Of a stretch of DNA of 64,000 nt, positions 25,290-38,799 are shown in pieces. The number at the start of each line of letters is the position of its first letter. Within the stretch, counting starts at the first letter, position 1. The notes under the pieces are model-generated. The model was given only the letters and a program-made list of their open reading frames with translations. It was not told the DNA's origin and did no database searches. This DNA is from Octopus bimaculoides (Eukaryota), in assembly GCF_001194135.2 (NCBI RefSeq), contig NC_068981.1, positions 12,978,532 through 13,042,531 of the forward strand, written 5' to 3'. The translations under genes and the position numbers were made by a program.

Positions 25290-25483
25290 TCTTCCTAGGA
25301 ATCTAGTGACCTTAGCTTAAATGTTCCTTGGGGCTGGCTCGATTGGAGGAGTCTCGAGTATAACCAGCCGAAACTGCAAAGATAATCCGGAACTCGACTG
25401 AGGAAAGAAAACTCCTAATAACCTGTCCTTGTTTTTTTTCTTTCCTTGTTTTGTATCATCTGTCTCGATGTTAGCGTTCTTGT
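25290..25483. repeat. Dispersed repeat family D (copy 1)
   Basis: Its reverse complement aligns with 35966-36090 (CAAGAACGC..ACATC..GA.GATACAAA..AACAAGGACAGGT.ATT.GGAGTTTTCTTTC.TCAGTCGAG...GATTATC.TTGCA.TTTCG..TGGTTAT.CTC). Confidence 0.8.
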
Positions 25484-26175
25484 NNNNNNNNNNCGCCATT
25501 ATTGACCGCTAACTACAAAAGTCTTTTTATTCTTTCTCTGTTTATTTCTTTGTTTTCCTCTCTGTTGAAGACCGTAGACCCGAAATGTAAAAGATTTCCT
25601 CACCTTCCTGAGCGTCAAACTAATACACCTGCTTGTTGTTTATTCACCTGTCTTCGTCTTTTGTTTTTCTGTAAATTGCAACTATATATAATTATAGATA
25701 TATTTATTTTTATTATTCAGCCATCGTTTACACTGCCCCCTTACAAAGAATTAATCCATCAAATACTATTTTTAGTTTAGTTATTGACTTAATGTCTCAA
25801 AGAGATACAAAATGAAATGGTAGGATTCCAACCATATTCAACTTTCCCTTTTTCTACTCTAGGCTCTTTTTTTTCCCCCTCACTCTGATGAAGCGCCATG
25901 TTTCAGATAAGTTTTATTACCAAATATGATGAATATTTTTAGTATACCATTGACAATACCAGACAACATCGGAAGAGGTATCAGCTGTTACATGGGATAC
26001 AGTCTATTTGTATTGAGTTATTACGTGATAATGGATGTAAGTCAATTGTTGCTAATCAATATTGCTCCATTTTTGTTTACTTTATGCATGCATACATACA
26101 CACGCACAACACATACACATATATGTGAGTGTGTGTGTGTGTGCACATACATACACATAATATATATCTTTTAGC

Positions 26176-26450
26176 TCTTCTATTACTCGTTTCAGTCATC
26201 TCAGTAGTCTTTTAGACGAACAAATCGTCAACAGGGTTTGAAGCTTATTCTAGTACTTCTTCTATCGGTCTCTTTGGCGGATACGTTAAGTCACAAGAAC
26301 TTAAACTCACGGAAAGCTGTCATCAAGTGGTGTTGGAGGACAAACACAGACACAAACATACACGCATATACATATTTATACACATACACACACTTATATG
26401 TATGTATATATATTCGACGGTCACCCCCACCAGTTTTTGTGAAGCAATCT
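26176..26450 (-). mobile_element. SINE family A, old decayed copy
   Basis: The reverse complement gives GTGTCTGTGTTTGTCCTCCAACACCACTTGATGACAGC...AAAGAGACCGATAGAAGAAGTACTAGA...GATGACTGAAACGAGTAATAGAAGAG. Confidence 0.7.
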
Positions 26451-26730
26451 TCTTACGACACAGCCAGTGCATTTAATGATCATGTTACTGACTGCATGGA
26501 TGGAATATACACTGAATTTAACTTCATTCTTGTAACTTAGAAAAATGCGATTGGATCGTGGATGAATAATAGGCAGATGTTCAGCTAAAACAACAATATT
26601 GCGAATGGCATCCATCTTCATCATGCTGAAGAAAATGAATGGGGAAAACGATAAACGATTAGTTCAACAAAGCCACCTGGGATACAGAATTGTGTGTCGA
26701 TCGTTTGAGAAACTATTAATCAAGAATATT

Positions 26731-26943
26731 CTTTCTAGTCTAGGCACAATGTGCGAAATTTTGGAGGACGCGCCCAGTTTATTAAATCGACTCCAGAATG
26801 CAACTGGTACTTAATTTATCGACTTCAAATGGATGAAAGGCAAAGGCGATTTCGATGGAATTTGAACTCAGAACGTAATGACAGACGAATTACCGCTAAG
26901 AATTTCGCCCGGCGTTCTAATTTGTTTACTTGCTCGCCGCCTT
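26731..26943 (-). mobile_element. SINE family B, single copy
   Basis: CTTTCTA..AGGCACAA...AATCGACTCCAG..CAACTGGTACTTAATTTATCGAC...GAATTTGAACTCAGAACGTAA...GCTCGCCGCCTT, as in the 7850-8703 units. Confidence 0.85.
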
Positions 26944-28447
26944 TATTCCTCAGAAATATTGGAATGCAAAGTCATAGGAAATGGAAATGTCAAACATAGA
27001 GATTATGAAACCTTTGAAATTTCTCTGGCAACAAGGTGTCATCTCTTTCTACTGATACATACATACATATCCTAAAAATGCATTCATATATACATACATA
27101 CGTATCCTATACATACATATATATNNNNNNNNNNNNNNNNNNNNNNNNNNNNNNNNNNNNNNNNNNNNNNNNNNNNNNNNNNNNNNNNNNNNNNNNNNNN
27201 NNNNNNNNNNNNNNNNNNNNNNNNNNNNNNNNNNNNNNNNNNNNNNNNNNNNNNNNNNNNNNNNNNNNNNNNNNNNNNNNNNNNNNNNNNNNNNNNNNNN
27301 NNNNNNNNNNNNNNNNNNNNNNNNNNNNNNNNNNNNNNNNNNNNNNNNNNNNNNNNNNNNNNNNNNNNNNNNNNNNNATGTATGTATGTATATATACATA
27401 CATACACACATGCATATGTGCTTGTGTGTTTGTGTGCGGTCGCCTGCGTGTATGTGTGTGTGTGTTGTTTTGTGTATGCGTGAGTGTTACATACAAGCAA
27501 CTTTGTATTAGTGGATTCAATCTGATATAACTTTATGAAATTTTCAAAAGAGTATATTCAGTTCCCCAAGTTTCGTACATAATGTATATTTTAGCTCATG
27601 AAATGGAATCTCAGGTATTTGTGGAATGTGAAACAAGTATCTGGCCTCAGATGGTAGCCACAGCGTTAGTAGGAAATCAATTGAAATGGTAAATTTCAGT
27701 CACATTTTTGGAATAGTATTAACAACAAATATAAAATTAGCGAAGAGAAATCTCCAAGGACCGCAGCAAATTCAGTATTAAATATTCTGTTCAGTGACAT
27801 GGTGAGTTGCTTTAATTGTGCGCTGTTGGTGAGTAACAAATCTATTGCGTTAATATTGTAGGTTGCACATCGTATTTTATTTCGCGCATCAAGCAGTTTT
27901 CATATGCAGTAGGACGTATTGCAATATCCCACTGCATTTCTGCCACATAGTTAAATTAGAAGGCAGAACGGGCAGAATGCTTTGTGAACATAGTTCATTT
28001 GTAGTTAATTTGAAACTACTTATAATTATTGTTTTTCCATTAACTACAATATTTATTTGCAACGGATGTTCTATAAATGCTAGGAAATCATTTCTATCAA
28101 CAGCGACAGGTGTTATCAAATAGCGAGTTACCAAATAACCTGAATCGACACGGTCAATGTGAATATCATAATCTATTGATCTTTAACAATGATACTAATC
28201 TAGAGGCTGATCCCTGCACGTTTAATCGTAAGATCATAACATTTCTGAGGTATCTTCGTCTTTGGAAGTAATTTTAATGTAAATTTCAGTCAAACTATTT
28301 ATAGGACTGTTCTACTTACAGAAATGATGTGAAAGGTATTTTCCATTTGAAGATTTGTAACCCCCACCTCTCCCTATCACTCACTCTCTCTGTCTATCTA
28401 TCTATCTATAAATGGATATATAATTTATGTATATATCTATATATGTG

Positions 28448-28486
<39 letters not shown>

Positions 28487-28767
28487 TATATNNNNNNNNN
28501 NTAGATGAAATATTGAGTGTTCAATATAAAGGATTAAATATATAAAGGCGAATACGTATTTTCTATACCTTGTGGTATTTCATCATGGCCGGTATGACAG
28601 ACTTTAACAGACTGACCAAGGGGCCCTTCCCGGGACCCCGAGACAACCAGTTTATCGGCGCCTGGCTGCCGTATGACTATGTTGTTTTGTTGTAGCATTC
28701 ATGTTCTTTCGGCATTTCTCCGTGACACTGAGACGGCAACCCAGACGGACTGCTAGCACACCCAACC

Positions 28768-28805
<38 letters not shown>

Positions 28806-29786
28806 NNNNNNNNNNNNNNNNNNNNNNNNNNNNNNNNNNNNNNNNNNNNNNNNNNNNNNNNNNNNNNNNNNNNNNNNNNNNNNNNNNNNNNNNNNNNNNN
28901 NNNNNNNNNNNNNNNNNNNNNNNNNNNNNNNNNNNNNNNNNNNNNNNNNNNNNNNNNNNNNNNNNNNNNNNNNNNNNNNNNNNNNNNNNNNNNNNNNNNN
29001 NNNNNNNNNNNNNNNNNNNNNNNNNNNNNNNNNNNNNNNNNNNNNNNNNNNNNNNNNNNNNNNNNNNNNNNNNNNNNNNNNNNNNNNNNNNNNNNNNNNN
29101 NNNNNNNNNNNNNNNNNNNNNNNNNNNNNNNNNNNNNNNNNNNNNNNNNNNNNNNNNNNNNNNNNNNNNNNNNNNNNNNNNNNNNNNNNNNNNNNNNNNN
29201 NNNNNNNNNNNNNNNNNNNNNNNNNNNNNNNNNNNNNNNNNNNNNNNNNNNNNNNNNNNNNNNNNNNNNNNNNNNNNNNNNNNNNNNNNNNNNNNNNNNN
29301 NNNNNNNNNNNNNNNNNNNNNNNNNNNNNNNNNNNNNNNNNNNNNNNNNNNNNNNNNNNNNNNNNNNNNNNNNNNNNNNNNNNNNNNNNNNNNNNNNNNN
29401 NNNNNNNNNNNNNNNNNNNNNNNNNNNNNNNNNNNNNNNNNNNNNNNNNNNNNNNNNNNNNNNNNNNNNNNNNNNNNNNNNNNNNNNNNNNNNNNNNNNN
29501 NNNNNNNNNNNNNNNNNNNNNNNNNNNNNNNNNNNNNNNNNNNNNNNNNNNNNNNNNNNNNNNNNNNNNNNNNNNNNNNNNNNNNNNNNNNNNNNNNNNN
29601 NNNNNCATACATACGTACGCACGCACCTGTACACACATGCAAACACAGACCGACACATACAGACACGCCCATACACATATATATATAATATATATTTAAA
29701 TATTATATATTATATATATATATTATGTATAATATATATAATACACTATATGTAGGAATGTATATGATATATGTATAATATACACA

Positions 29787-29824
<38 letters not shown>

Positions 29825-29842
29825 TATATGAATATATCATGT

Positions 29843-30097
29843 GGAGGCGCGTGGCTTAGTGGTTCGCGTATCAGCATCATGATCCCAAGGTTGTGGTTTC
29901 GATTCCTGGACCGGGCGATGCGTTGTGTTCTTGAGTAAGACACTTCATTTCACGTTGCTCCAGTCCACTCAGCTGGCAAACATGAGTAACGCTGCGATGG
30001 ACTGGCGTTCCATCCAGCTGGGGAACGCATACGCCATTGAACCCGGGAAACCGGGCCAATGAGTCTGGCTAGGCTTTAGAAAGGGCGCATTTATTAT
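29843..30097 (+). mobile_element. tRNA-derived SINE family C, full length
   Basis: A-box TGGCTTAGTGG (29852-62), B-box GTTTCGATTCC (29896-906), central block GTGTTCTTGAGTAAGACACTTCATTTCACGTTGCTCCAGTCCACTCAGCTGGCAAA (reminiscent of conserved SINE central domains of the V/Meta type) and an (ATT)n tail. Confidence 0.88.
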
Positions 30098-32756
30098 TAT
30101 TTTTTTTATGTACATATCATGCCAAATGAAATCAAGTGTGAAAAGAATAAAAAAAAGCGTTCAAGTTGAAGTGTAGGGTGTCCATTTAACGCTTAATGGG
30201 AGTGATCTTCATGTTTTTAGCATTTCTACAGTCATTTCTTTTTCCGAAGAAATGGAAATTGACGTGAAAGATATGTGCATAGAAAACAAGCCGTCAGTTG
30301 CGTTTACCTAGATGATTTATTTAGTTCTAGGGTTATATGTGCAGGGCTGGTTTCGTGCCTAAGATGGGTGCATATTAAAATTAAATTGAATTTTAGGTGT
30401 GTAAAGGTGAAGTAAATACCCGCGCCCGGGCGTATGTTGTGGATCAGTGTATGTGCATTAAGCAGTGTGAACGTGTGTTTGTGCGTTTGAAAATATCTGC
30501 CTGTTTTTGGGGGAAACTGTTGTTCACTGTGTCTGTGTATACGATGCAAATTATGTGCTGGGTATGTGTTTTCGTAATTCAAATATTTGTTTCGTGTTCC
30601 ATTTATACAATTTTTTTTTCCTTTCACAATTAGTGAGCCTGCATTTGGCGGTGAGGGGCGTAGCGTTTTGGCTAGGTGAGTGTTTAAACATGTATATAAC
30701 GAGAAATCCCGTGGTTAATTAGTGAAAGCGAGATGACAACTTGCTTGGCACGCTTAATATGCCTGAAGCTAGGATTGGACACAGAAACGTGCAGCTGTTA
30801 AGCGGAAGGCTTTACCACAATGCTTTAGAGAATGTTTCACAATTGTTTTGTTCAGTCAAATACAGATTTCAATTTAATGTAAGGAAACGCCATAGAAATT
30901 GTGAATTTCTTTGTTTTCGCTTTACACCTATGATCAGCTTTGTTCCCAACAGCATATCTCAAAATTATTTCTTGCTCTGACGCCGTATTTAATTCAAAAA
31001 TAGTGACCCTGAGTTTACATTATACCATAAAGCTTTATTTCGTTTCAACGGAGAATGGATGTGATAGAGACATTTACTTGATGTTATTTGTAACTGGATT
31101 AATGACGTTTCTTTCGTCAGTTCGATGCCTCTGATTCTATGTTTAATAATAAATCGTTCTATTTTTATCGAATGGTAAGCATTGACATCAATCTTCCACC
31201 TGAACATTACTCTCTAGGACCTGTTCAAGGGACAATAATTATTTTAAAAAAACAGCAATAATAAATGCATTCACCTTGTCAAAATATACATTTGAATTTA
31301 CACTTCTCTTTATTAAATTACTTCTTTTTTATAACTAATAGCTTCGACATTTAATGTAGATTTAATATTCCGAAGTAAACTCTAAGCTTTTGCTAATCCG
31401 ATAATACGTCAAAGAAACAAGTGAGTGCAGCTCACCAAATGTCTATGGAAATATAATCTTTCTGGTACTGATCGCTTGGCTGCAGATATATCTTATGTAG
31501 AAATAAAATTTCATGTTATAACCTCTAACATCTCTATTTTCAAATATCGTCTTAGATTTCAATTTTATTGACAAATTATTTGTAATTTGAACAAAACATT
31601 TGAATTAATAAACGATTGCTGGTATACACATTGCTTTATTTTGATGAGTTTCCACTTCGCTGTTTGGTGAATGTAACTTATTTTCGACAAAAACATTTCG
31701 TTATACTTCGACAACCAGTCATATTATTCAAACAAACACTATATTAGAATGTAATAAAACAAAGTATAATAAAAGTAATTATCTTTAAAAAAATTATTCA
31801 TCGATTAAGATTTTCAAATAATCTAGTATTTAAATTTTCGAAGGTACAATTTTAAATCAAAATGAAGCAAGTGAAAATGAAAAACAAAAAGAAAACAGAG
31901 TAAAGTGATCAAAGAAAATAAATAATATAAAATAAAAACATTGAATTTATCTGCAGATGAGAGATTATTGAAGAAAGAAATTGTTTACAAGCGGACAAAT
32001 TTAAATCACTTTCGTCCTGTATCATTCATACAATTTGATATTTCGATAATGAAATATTGACAATGAGGTTATAATATAGTTAAATTGTAGAAGCAAATAA
32101 AATGCGATAAAATAAACAAAATTTCGTTAAAATAATAAAGTACTAAGACTTTCAATTATACGTATATTACGTTTGTAATTCGAGAGTACTGATAGTCTTG
32201 AAATATAACAGAACCACAATTGCTTTAAACATTTGAAACGCTTTGGTCCATTTATACGCTTTTAAATGTGAATGATAAATACATCTTCGTAGCTGTTCGT
32301 GAGTTCCGGAAAATATTCACTAAAGTATGAATAATTATTTCGCCAATTGTTTATCAAACAGAACAGCTTTTAATTATTTGAGTACTTAGTATAAATCAAG
32401 TGAAATCTAATATAATACTGAAAAAGATAAAAGAAACCGAATACATTAAAATAGTGTTGAATTATAAGATTTCAAGCAAACACAAGATTTTAAAGTGGGT
32501 GGATTGAACTATTGTTGCCAAGTAAAAATAAGAACAATAAGAGTTGTGTAAATTAAGTGTGAAAATGAAATTATATAAGACGAGAGCAAAATTAATTTAT
32601 AAACAAAATTAGATAACTAAGCTATGATAAAATGTCGAGATACTGCGGGCGTGAACATCTGGTTAGTGTGCTATCTTTGTAATGACGTGGTTTCGTGTTT
32701 ATCTACACGACACCTATATACGTGGCTGAGGACTGAGTGAGAAGAAACAAACGGAT

Positions 32757-32757
<1 letters not shown>

Positions 32758-32812
<55 letters not shown>
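32758..32812. repeat. (AG)n microsatellite
   Basis: Read directly from the sequence. Confidence 0.97.
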
Positions 32813-32813
<1 letters not shown>

Positions 32814-33885
32814 GAGAGTGACAGAGACAGAGACAGATAGGCAGGCTGACATAGGCATAGAAAGGCAAAGAGACAGAGTGACGTGTCAATGCGTGTGGGC
32901 AAACTTGACGTTCGTATTCGTCCCTTCTTAACAAACAATCTCTCTCTACCGACGTCCCTGGAAGTTGGTTCTTGGATCTCGATTGAAGAATTTTCAAATT
33001 GAATAAGTGTCTGGATCGATTTTCTCAAATGAATAACTTTCAAGTCATTGATTCAACATGGCCGAAGTTCAATGGAATAAGCAATAAAAGAATTGAACTA
33101 TGAAATATTTTGATAGTGTGTAGTGTAGGAGGTTACGGCATTAAAAAACAGTGATAATTCCTTTACTCAGAATCACAGAGATTAAAACGCTTCAAATACT
33201 TAGGTGATTAAAACAGTTTAATATAACAAGGCGAAATGACAATCGAGTGACAAGCTCAGTAGAGTGGGCCCTTAGAGAATATTGTTTGATATCTTTCAAC
33301 TACGCAAATTTCAGATACTATATTACAGCATGTGTGAGATTCAACAACACAGAACATACTTCATATGACGTCACGTATCGTATGGTCTTGATTAAGAATC
33401 CAAAGAAAAACTCAATGATTTGTGTCCGTGCAACCTCTTTGCAGCGAATGTTGCAAGCTGCTTAACTAATATTGATCGATCAAATCATAGGCGTTAACGA
33501 GCACCTCTATCTTCTTAGTGAATAGCCGCTGTACTCTATACGTATTTCTAAAGAAATTGCTTATATATCCTCAATACAATCTAACAATGTCTCTTAATCA
33601 GAAAAGAAGTTTTACGTCTTTTCAAATTCAATTTTCAACGAACACACACGCACGCACATATATATAATTATTTATATANNNNNNNNNNNNNNNNNNNNNN
33701 NNNNNNNNNNNNNNNNNNNNNNNNNNNNNNNNNNNNNNNNNNNNNNNNNNNNNNNNNNNNNNNNNNNNNNNNNNNNNNNNNNNNNNNNNNNNNNNNNNNN
33801 NNNNNNNNNNNNNNNNNNNNNNNNNNNNNNNNNNNNNNNNNNNNNNNNNNNNNNNNNNNNNNNNNNNNNNNNNNNNNNNNNNNNN

Positions 33886-33943
<58 letters not shown>

Positions 33944-34289
33944 TAGTATATATATTATTTTATAAACTTCATTAGCATACGTCTGTTTCCACTCTGAAGT
34001 ATGATGTATTTCAAGCGTGTAGCTCTGATTTAAGTAAAAAGTGTTCCTTAGGGACTCAACTATGAACCTACCGCACAGAATAGTGGAAAAAAGTTGTAAG
34101 CTAAAGTTGCTTACATCGTATAACGCTTCGTTCAGAAGAATACATATAATGAGTGATATGTTCCAGTGAAAATGATCATAGAAATCATCGTGTTTTTCCT
34201 AAATATTTCGGGTGCTTATGCAATGTCAAGAAGGCATAGAAGCACTATCTTCACTATCACATTTATCTCATTAGATGAGAGGAAACGGG

Positions 34290-34440
34290 GTTTCACCAGT
34301 ACCTACCTAGGATATATGTCCACGTGCGTAAAGTGCCGAAAAACTGACATGAAACGTATTACCGATGGACACAACACACTGACATTGCCAGGCATGGAAT
34401 CGAAAACCGTAAGATCATGAGCGTGATGCTCATTTATCAA
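34290..34440 (-). mobile_element. Highly decayed SINE head (family C-like)
   Basis: The minus strand contains ..CACGCTCATGATCTTACGGTTTTCGATTCCATGCCTGGCAATG..GTGTTGTGTCC, resembling 29870-29930. Confidence 0.45.
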
Positions 34441-35059
34441 TTCCTAATTCATTTAGTTCTGCTTGTATGTGCACACACAGACACACACACACAAACATAC
34501 GCATACAACCACACACACACACACATGCAACTTGCATTTAATGCCATTATTGCAAAACTGTGAATATACGAATAAATATGCATATATATGCGTATGTGCG
34601 TATGTACGTGTATATATATATATTTATTTATTTATTTATTTATGTGTTTCAGCCAAGNNNNNNNNNNNNNNNNNNNNNNNNNNNNNNNNNNNNNNNNNNN
34701 NNNNNNNNNNNNNNNNNNNNNNNNNNNNNNNNNNNNNNNNNNNNNNNNNNNNNNNNNGTGGTTCTTCTAAAGGCGTAAATCCCTCTAAAGCCAAGCAATT
34801 ATAGAGCCTCTACGTGAATGCCCAGCTTTCAACAAGTAGTAATAAAATTTAAATCCAATAAGAGTATACCTTCTTCAACAAGTAACACATTTGAGGATGC
34901 GATTTTAAATAAATTGTAAAACAATGGTCAGCTTGTCACAGATCATAGGTCATCTCGACAAGTCCGGTTCAGTGCCCACAAAGCAAATGCACTCTGAACG
35001 AGCAAAACTGTGTTTCATTTAATTCTGTACCAGAACATTTGTTTTCTTATTTGTGTACA

Positions 35060-35170
35060 GGCAGCTGCGGCAACAAGTTTACTTGTAAACCACATGGTTC
35101 CGAGTTCAGAACTAACATCGTGGAGCTTTTGGCAAGTGCCTTGTTCTATGGCCACGGGCTGTTCAAATCA
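35060..35170 (+). mobile_element. SINE family A 5' fragment
   Basis: AACCACATGGTTCCGAGTTCAG...GTGG..CTTTTGGCAAGTG.CTT..TCTATGGCC matches 1367-1440. Confidence 0.65.
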
Positions 35171-35918
35171 TATTTAACCTTAACTTACAAGATTTTCTCT
35201 ATATTGCAAGTTGTGGCTGAAAAACAACCTCAGACTCAGATATATTCTCATTTATAAGAAAGCCCGAATACTATTTCATCTTGTCTTCAATGAAAATACC
35301 TGAATGCTGCACGTTGCTGTAATTCAGCGGAGTTTAGTTACACATATTTGCTGTAGAAATGCTTGTGTGTAATGACATATATCTTTACACGTCTATACAT
35401 ATATAAATACATCCAAACAATCATGCTACGTAGATAAACACTAAAATATGAATGTTTGTGTATGTCACTCAGTGAGGGACTCTTAACATTATAGAAAACT
35501 GGGATCATTATTTTTGTTCAAGAGAGAGACAAAGGTTTTGACCGTGTTTGGCATGGGAATCTTCGCACAAATCTTACTTTGTACCTGTTTCAACATTCTC
35601 TAAACCGTGTTCCTTGAAGATGACTAGTTTCTAATTCACACATTCAAGCACAACCAATCTAAATTTCCCTCGAAATCTTGTCAATTTTGTTGCAGAGCAT
35701 TTCACCAGACTGCCACAAACTAAACATGCTAAATTGTTCCTCACCTAAACGTCTGTTTCTGCAAAATGCTGCGTGTCCGTGAGATTCGTGCGGGTGTTGT
35801 TCTACAACATAAACAGCTACGTAAAGCCACGAATCGTATGAGAATCATAAAATGTAAACCCTGCGCACTCTATAATTATATGTGTGTGAATGTGTATACA
35901 TATTTATACGCATATATA

Positions 35919-35960
<42 letters not shown>

Positions 35961-35965
35961 ATACA

Positions 35966-36090
35966 GAATGGGACAAGAACGCAAAACATCCAGATAGACG
36001 ATACAAAGAGAACAAGGACAGGTCATTCGGAGTTTTCTTTCATCAGTCGAGATTCAGATTATCCTTGCAATTTCGAATGGTTATTCTCAA
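35966..36090. repeat. Dispersed repeat family D (copy 2, opposite orientation)
   Basis: See 25290-25483. Confidence 0.8.
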
Positions 36091-36477
36091 TATTGCTAGC
36101 GAAAGCGACACCTTTCGATATATTAAAAATGATATNNNNNNNNNNNNNNNNNNNNNNNNNNNNNNNNNNNNNNNNNNNNNNNNNNNNNNNNNNNNNNNNN
36201 NNNNNNNNNNNNNNNNNNNNNNNNNNNNNNNNNNNNNNNNNNNNNNNNNNNNNNNNNNNNNNNNNNNNNNNNNNNNNNNNNNNNNNNNNNNNNNNNNNNN
36301 NNNNNNNNNNNNNNNNNNNNNNNNNNNNNNNNNNNNNNNNNNNNNNNNNNNNNNNNNNNNNNNNNNNNNNNNNNNNNNNNNNNNNNNNNNNNNNNNNNNN
36401 NNNNNNNNNNNNNNNNNNNNNNNNNNNNNNNNNNNNNNTATATATATATATATACGTAGATAGATAGATAGATAGAT

Positions 36478-36508
<31 letters not shown>

Positions 36509-37112
36509 GGAAGAACTAATTGAACTTAAACAATGGCAGAGAAAACATCGAAAACAATGTTATGGGAAGGTACCATCTAATTGCAACAACATTCGTCTAC
36601 GACTAACATCAGTAAGCGAGACTGCGAACACGTGTTGCTGTAATTTCTCAGTTGTACATTTCCCCAAACGCACTATAGAACGTTTCGCAATGTTTTTCGC
36701 CAGAGAATTTTAGAATGAAATTCGATGTTGCTTTCAGTAACACATTAGAGTAGACAATCCAGCTGTACAATTCCTCAAAGAAAACAGAAAATATTCAAAC
36801 ATTACATGACCTAGAAATCTTCCTAACATTCGTGAATCTGAAAGTAAACATTGAGTGTTTTAGATATTCTCACTGAAAAAGTTTAAGACCAAATGTTTTA
36901 CTTCGAATAGTGCAGTTCTGGGGGNNNNNNNNNNNNNNNNNNNNNNNNNNNNNNNNNNNNNNNNNNNNNNNNNNNNNNNNNNNNNNNNNNNNNNNNNNNN
37001 NNNNNNNNNNNNNNNNNNNNNNNNNNNNNNNNNNNNNNNNNNNNNNNNNNNNNNNNNNNNNNNNNNNNNNNNNNNNNNNNNNNNNNNNNNATATATATAT
37101 ATATATATATAT

Positions 37113-37373
37113 AAAGAATAAAAAAGTTTTGAATGGTTTAACAATGCACCATAATACAAAAGATGGACTATATATCTGTTGTAATTTAGTTATCCATAGT
37201 ACGATGATATTACGGAATACAATTCCTTCTTCAGATATTCTAAGAATATCTGAAATATCTAAGAATATCCGAAATATCATCGGACTATGGATAAATAAAT
37301 TACAACAGGTATATAGTCTATTTTTTTTGTATTAGAATGCATTGATGTACCATTCAAAACTTTTTTATTGTTT
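37113..37373. mobile_element. Fold-back element with about 100-bp imperfect inverted arms and a rearranged centre
   Basis: AATAAAAAAGTTTTGAATGG at 37117 is mirrored exactly at 37350-37369, and the arms continue inward to about 37216/37267. The centre has a perfect hairpin TTCAGATATTC-TAA-GAATATCTGAA (37230-37254) and a 19-bp tandem duplication (37241-37278). Confidence 0.88.
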
Positions 37374-37406
37374 ACAAACAGTACACAATGCTTCAAGCGA
37401 ACTACA

Positions 37407-37471
<65 letters not shown>

Positions 37472-37483
37472 TANNNNNNNNNN

Positions 37484-37516
<33 letters not shown>

Positions 37517-38799
37517 CATATACATACATACACGCATCCATCCATACATACATATCGAATTATTCAGTCTTTTTATGAGTGGATGTGAACAAAGATCGTG
37601 TTGCATTTTCTATAGTAAAGTTTTGAAGGCGTACCGCTGTCTGCTCTACGCTGATTACGCATACGATCGACTTAATAATCTACTGTTTTAGAATGAGAGC
37701 TAGAAAGAAGAAAGGTCACTTGCAAGTTAGCATCAGTTATCCGTTGTCTGTTAATAGCCACAAATTAAGACGTAAAAATAATTACTATCATTATAACAAA
37801 AGGTCATTGATTTCTTTGAAGTAACACTATTATATTATCTTTCATACTTCAAAACGCTTTTTTTCAACAACTCGTACATGAAAGTAATCTTTTTTCCACA
37901 CAGACTATTAACGGAAGAACCATACTTATCGTAAAAAGGATATGTTCCTACAAACAATCACTGAATAATTATCAGTTTTGGATCAATAATATTTTAGAAT
38001 GATCACATAAGCAGTGCCATAAAATATTATACGCGAAAATTATCTCCATTCCAAACATTGCGTTTGTTTTTGTATTGAAGAAGAATCATTCTGATTCAGA
38101 TCCCATCTAAATATTTGCTAGCTTTTAATGTAAGCCAGCTAACCCGGCTGAAAACGAATATAACAAAATACATTTCTACGAAAACATATTTTATATGCGT
38201 TATATAGTTACCATTTATTTTACGAATCGATACGTATTTCTGTAAGCACAGCAGGGAGACGGAATGTCAATGCGTGTCAAAGCAAACACGAGATTCAGTA
38301 ATCAGTATTTCGAAGCTTTTTCATAACTAAGTTTTCCGATTAATTCAGTTCAGTTCCATCTTGCTGTAATTATTAGCTCATATAATCATTTCATCGCTAT
38401 GCATTAGAGAGAGAGTTCCATACATATATACATACATACATGCATACATACATACATACATACATACATACATACAAAAAAAAAATCTCTACCTGCACTG
38501 ACTCCAAATAATGCACGCATACACACATACACACATATACAAAAATAGTCTGTTGATGTTGGAATTCCAATGAAGGAGCCTTGGATCTAAATTAGAAACT
38601 GTCTCCTTATTGGCAAGAAATATTCAAATAAATCCGACAAATGACATTTATGCATACATATACCCACACTCACAAAACGCTGGATGACGTTTCAGCATAT
38701 CACAAGCTACAGAGACTCGGCAGAGTTAGAAAACTGGTGAGTGTTTATATAACTTCTTAAAAGACAGAAGTCAGACAGTATCAGCGAATGGATCTCTCT

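Noticed and set aside
31105-31125. Minus-strand CUGACGA-AA-GAAACGUC hammerhead-like string
   Set aside because: No stem II and no stem I pairing, so it is compatible with chance.
33366-33373. Perfect CRE palindromes TGACGTCA (33366 and 56207)
   Set aside because: One or two 8-mers are expected by chance in 64 kb, the second lies inside a mariner, and no promoter evidence is available.
36025-36080. CUGAUGA/CUGAGGA and GAAA motifs in repeat family D (also 25360-25400)
   Set aside because: The stems required around the core do not pair in either copy, so it is not called a hammerhead.
38560-38735. CUGUUGA..GAAG and (minus) CUGCCGA..GAAACGUC motifs in a probable repeat
   Set aside because: Core positions are non-canonical and stem I is absent. 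At most a very decayed remnant.
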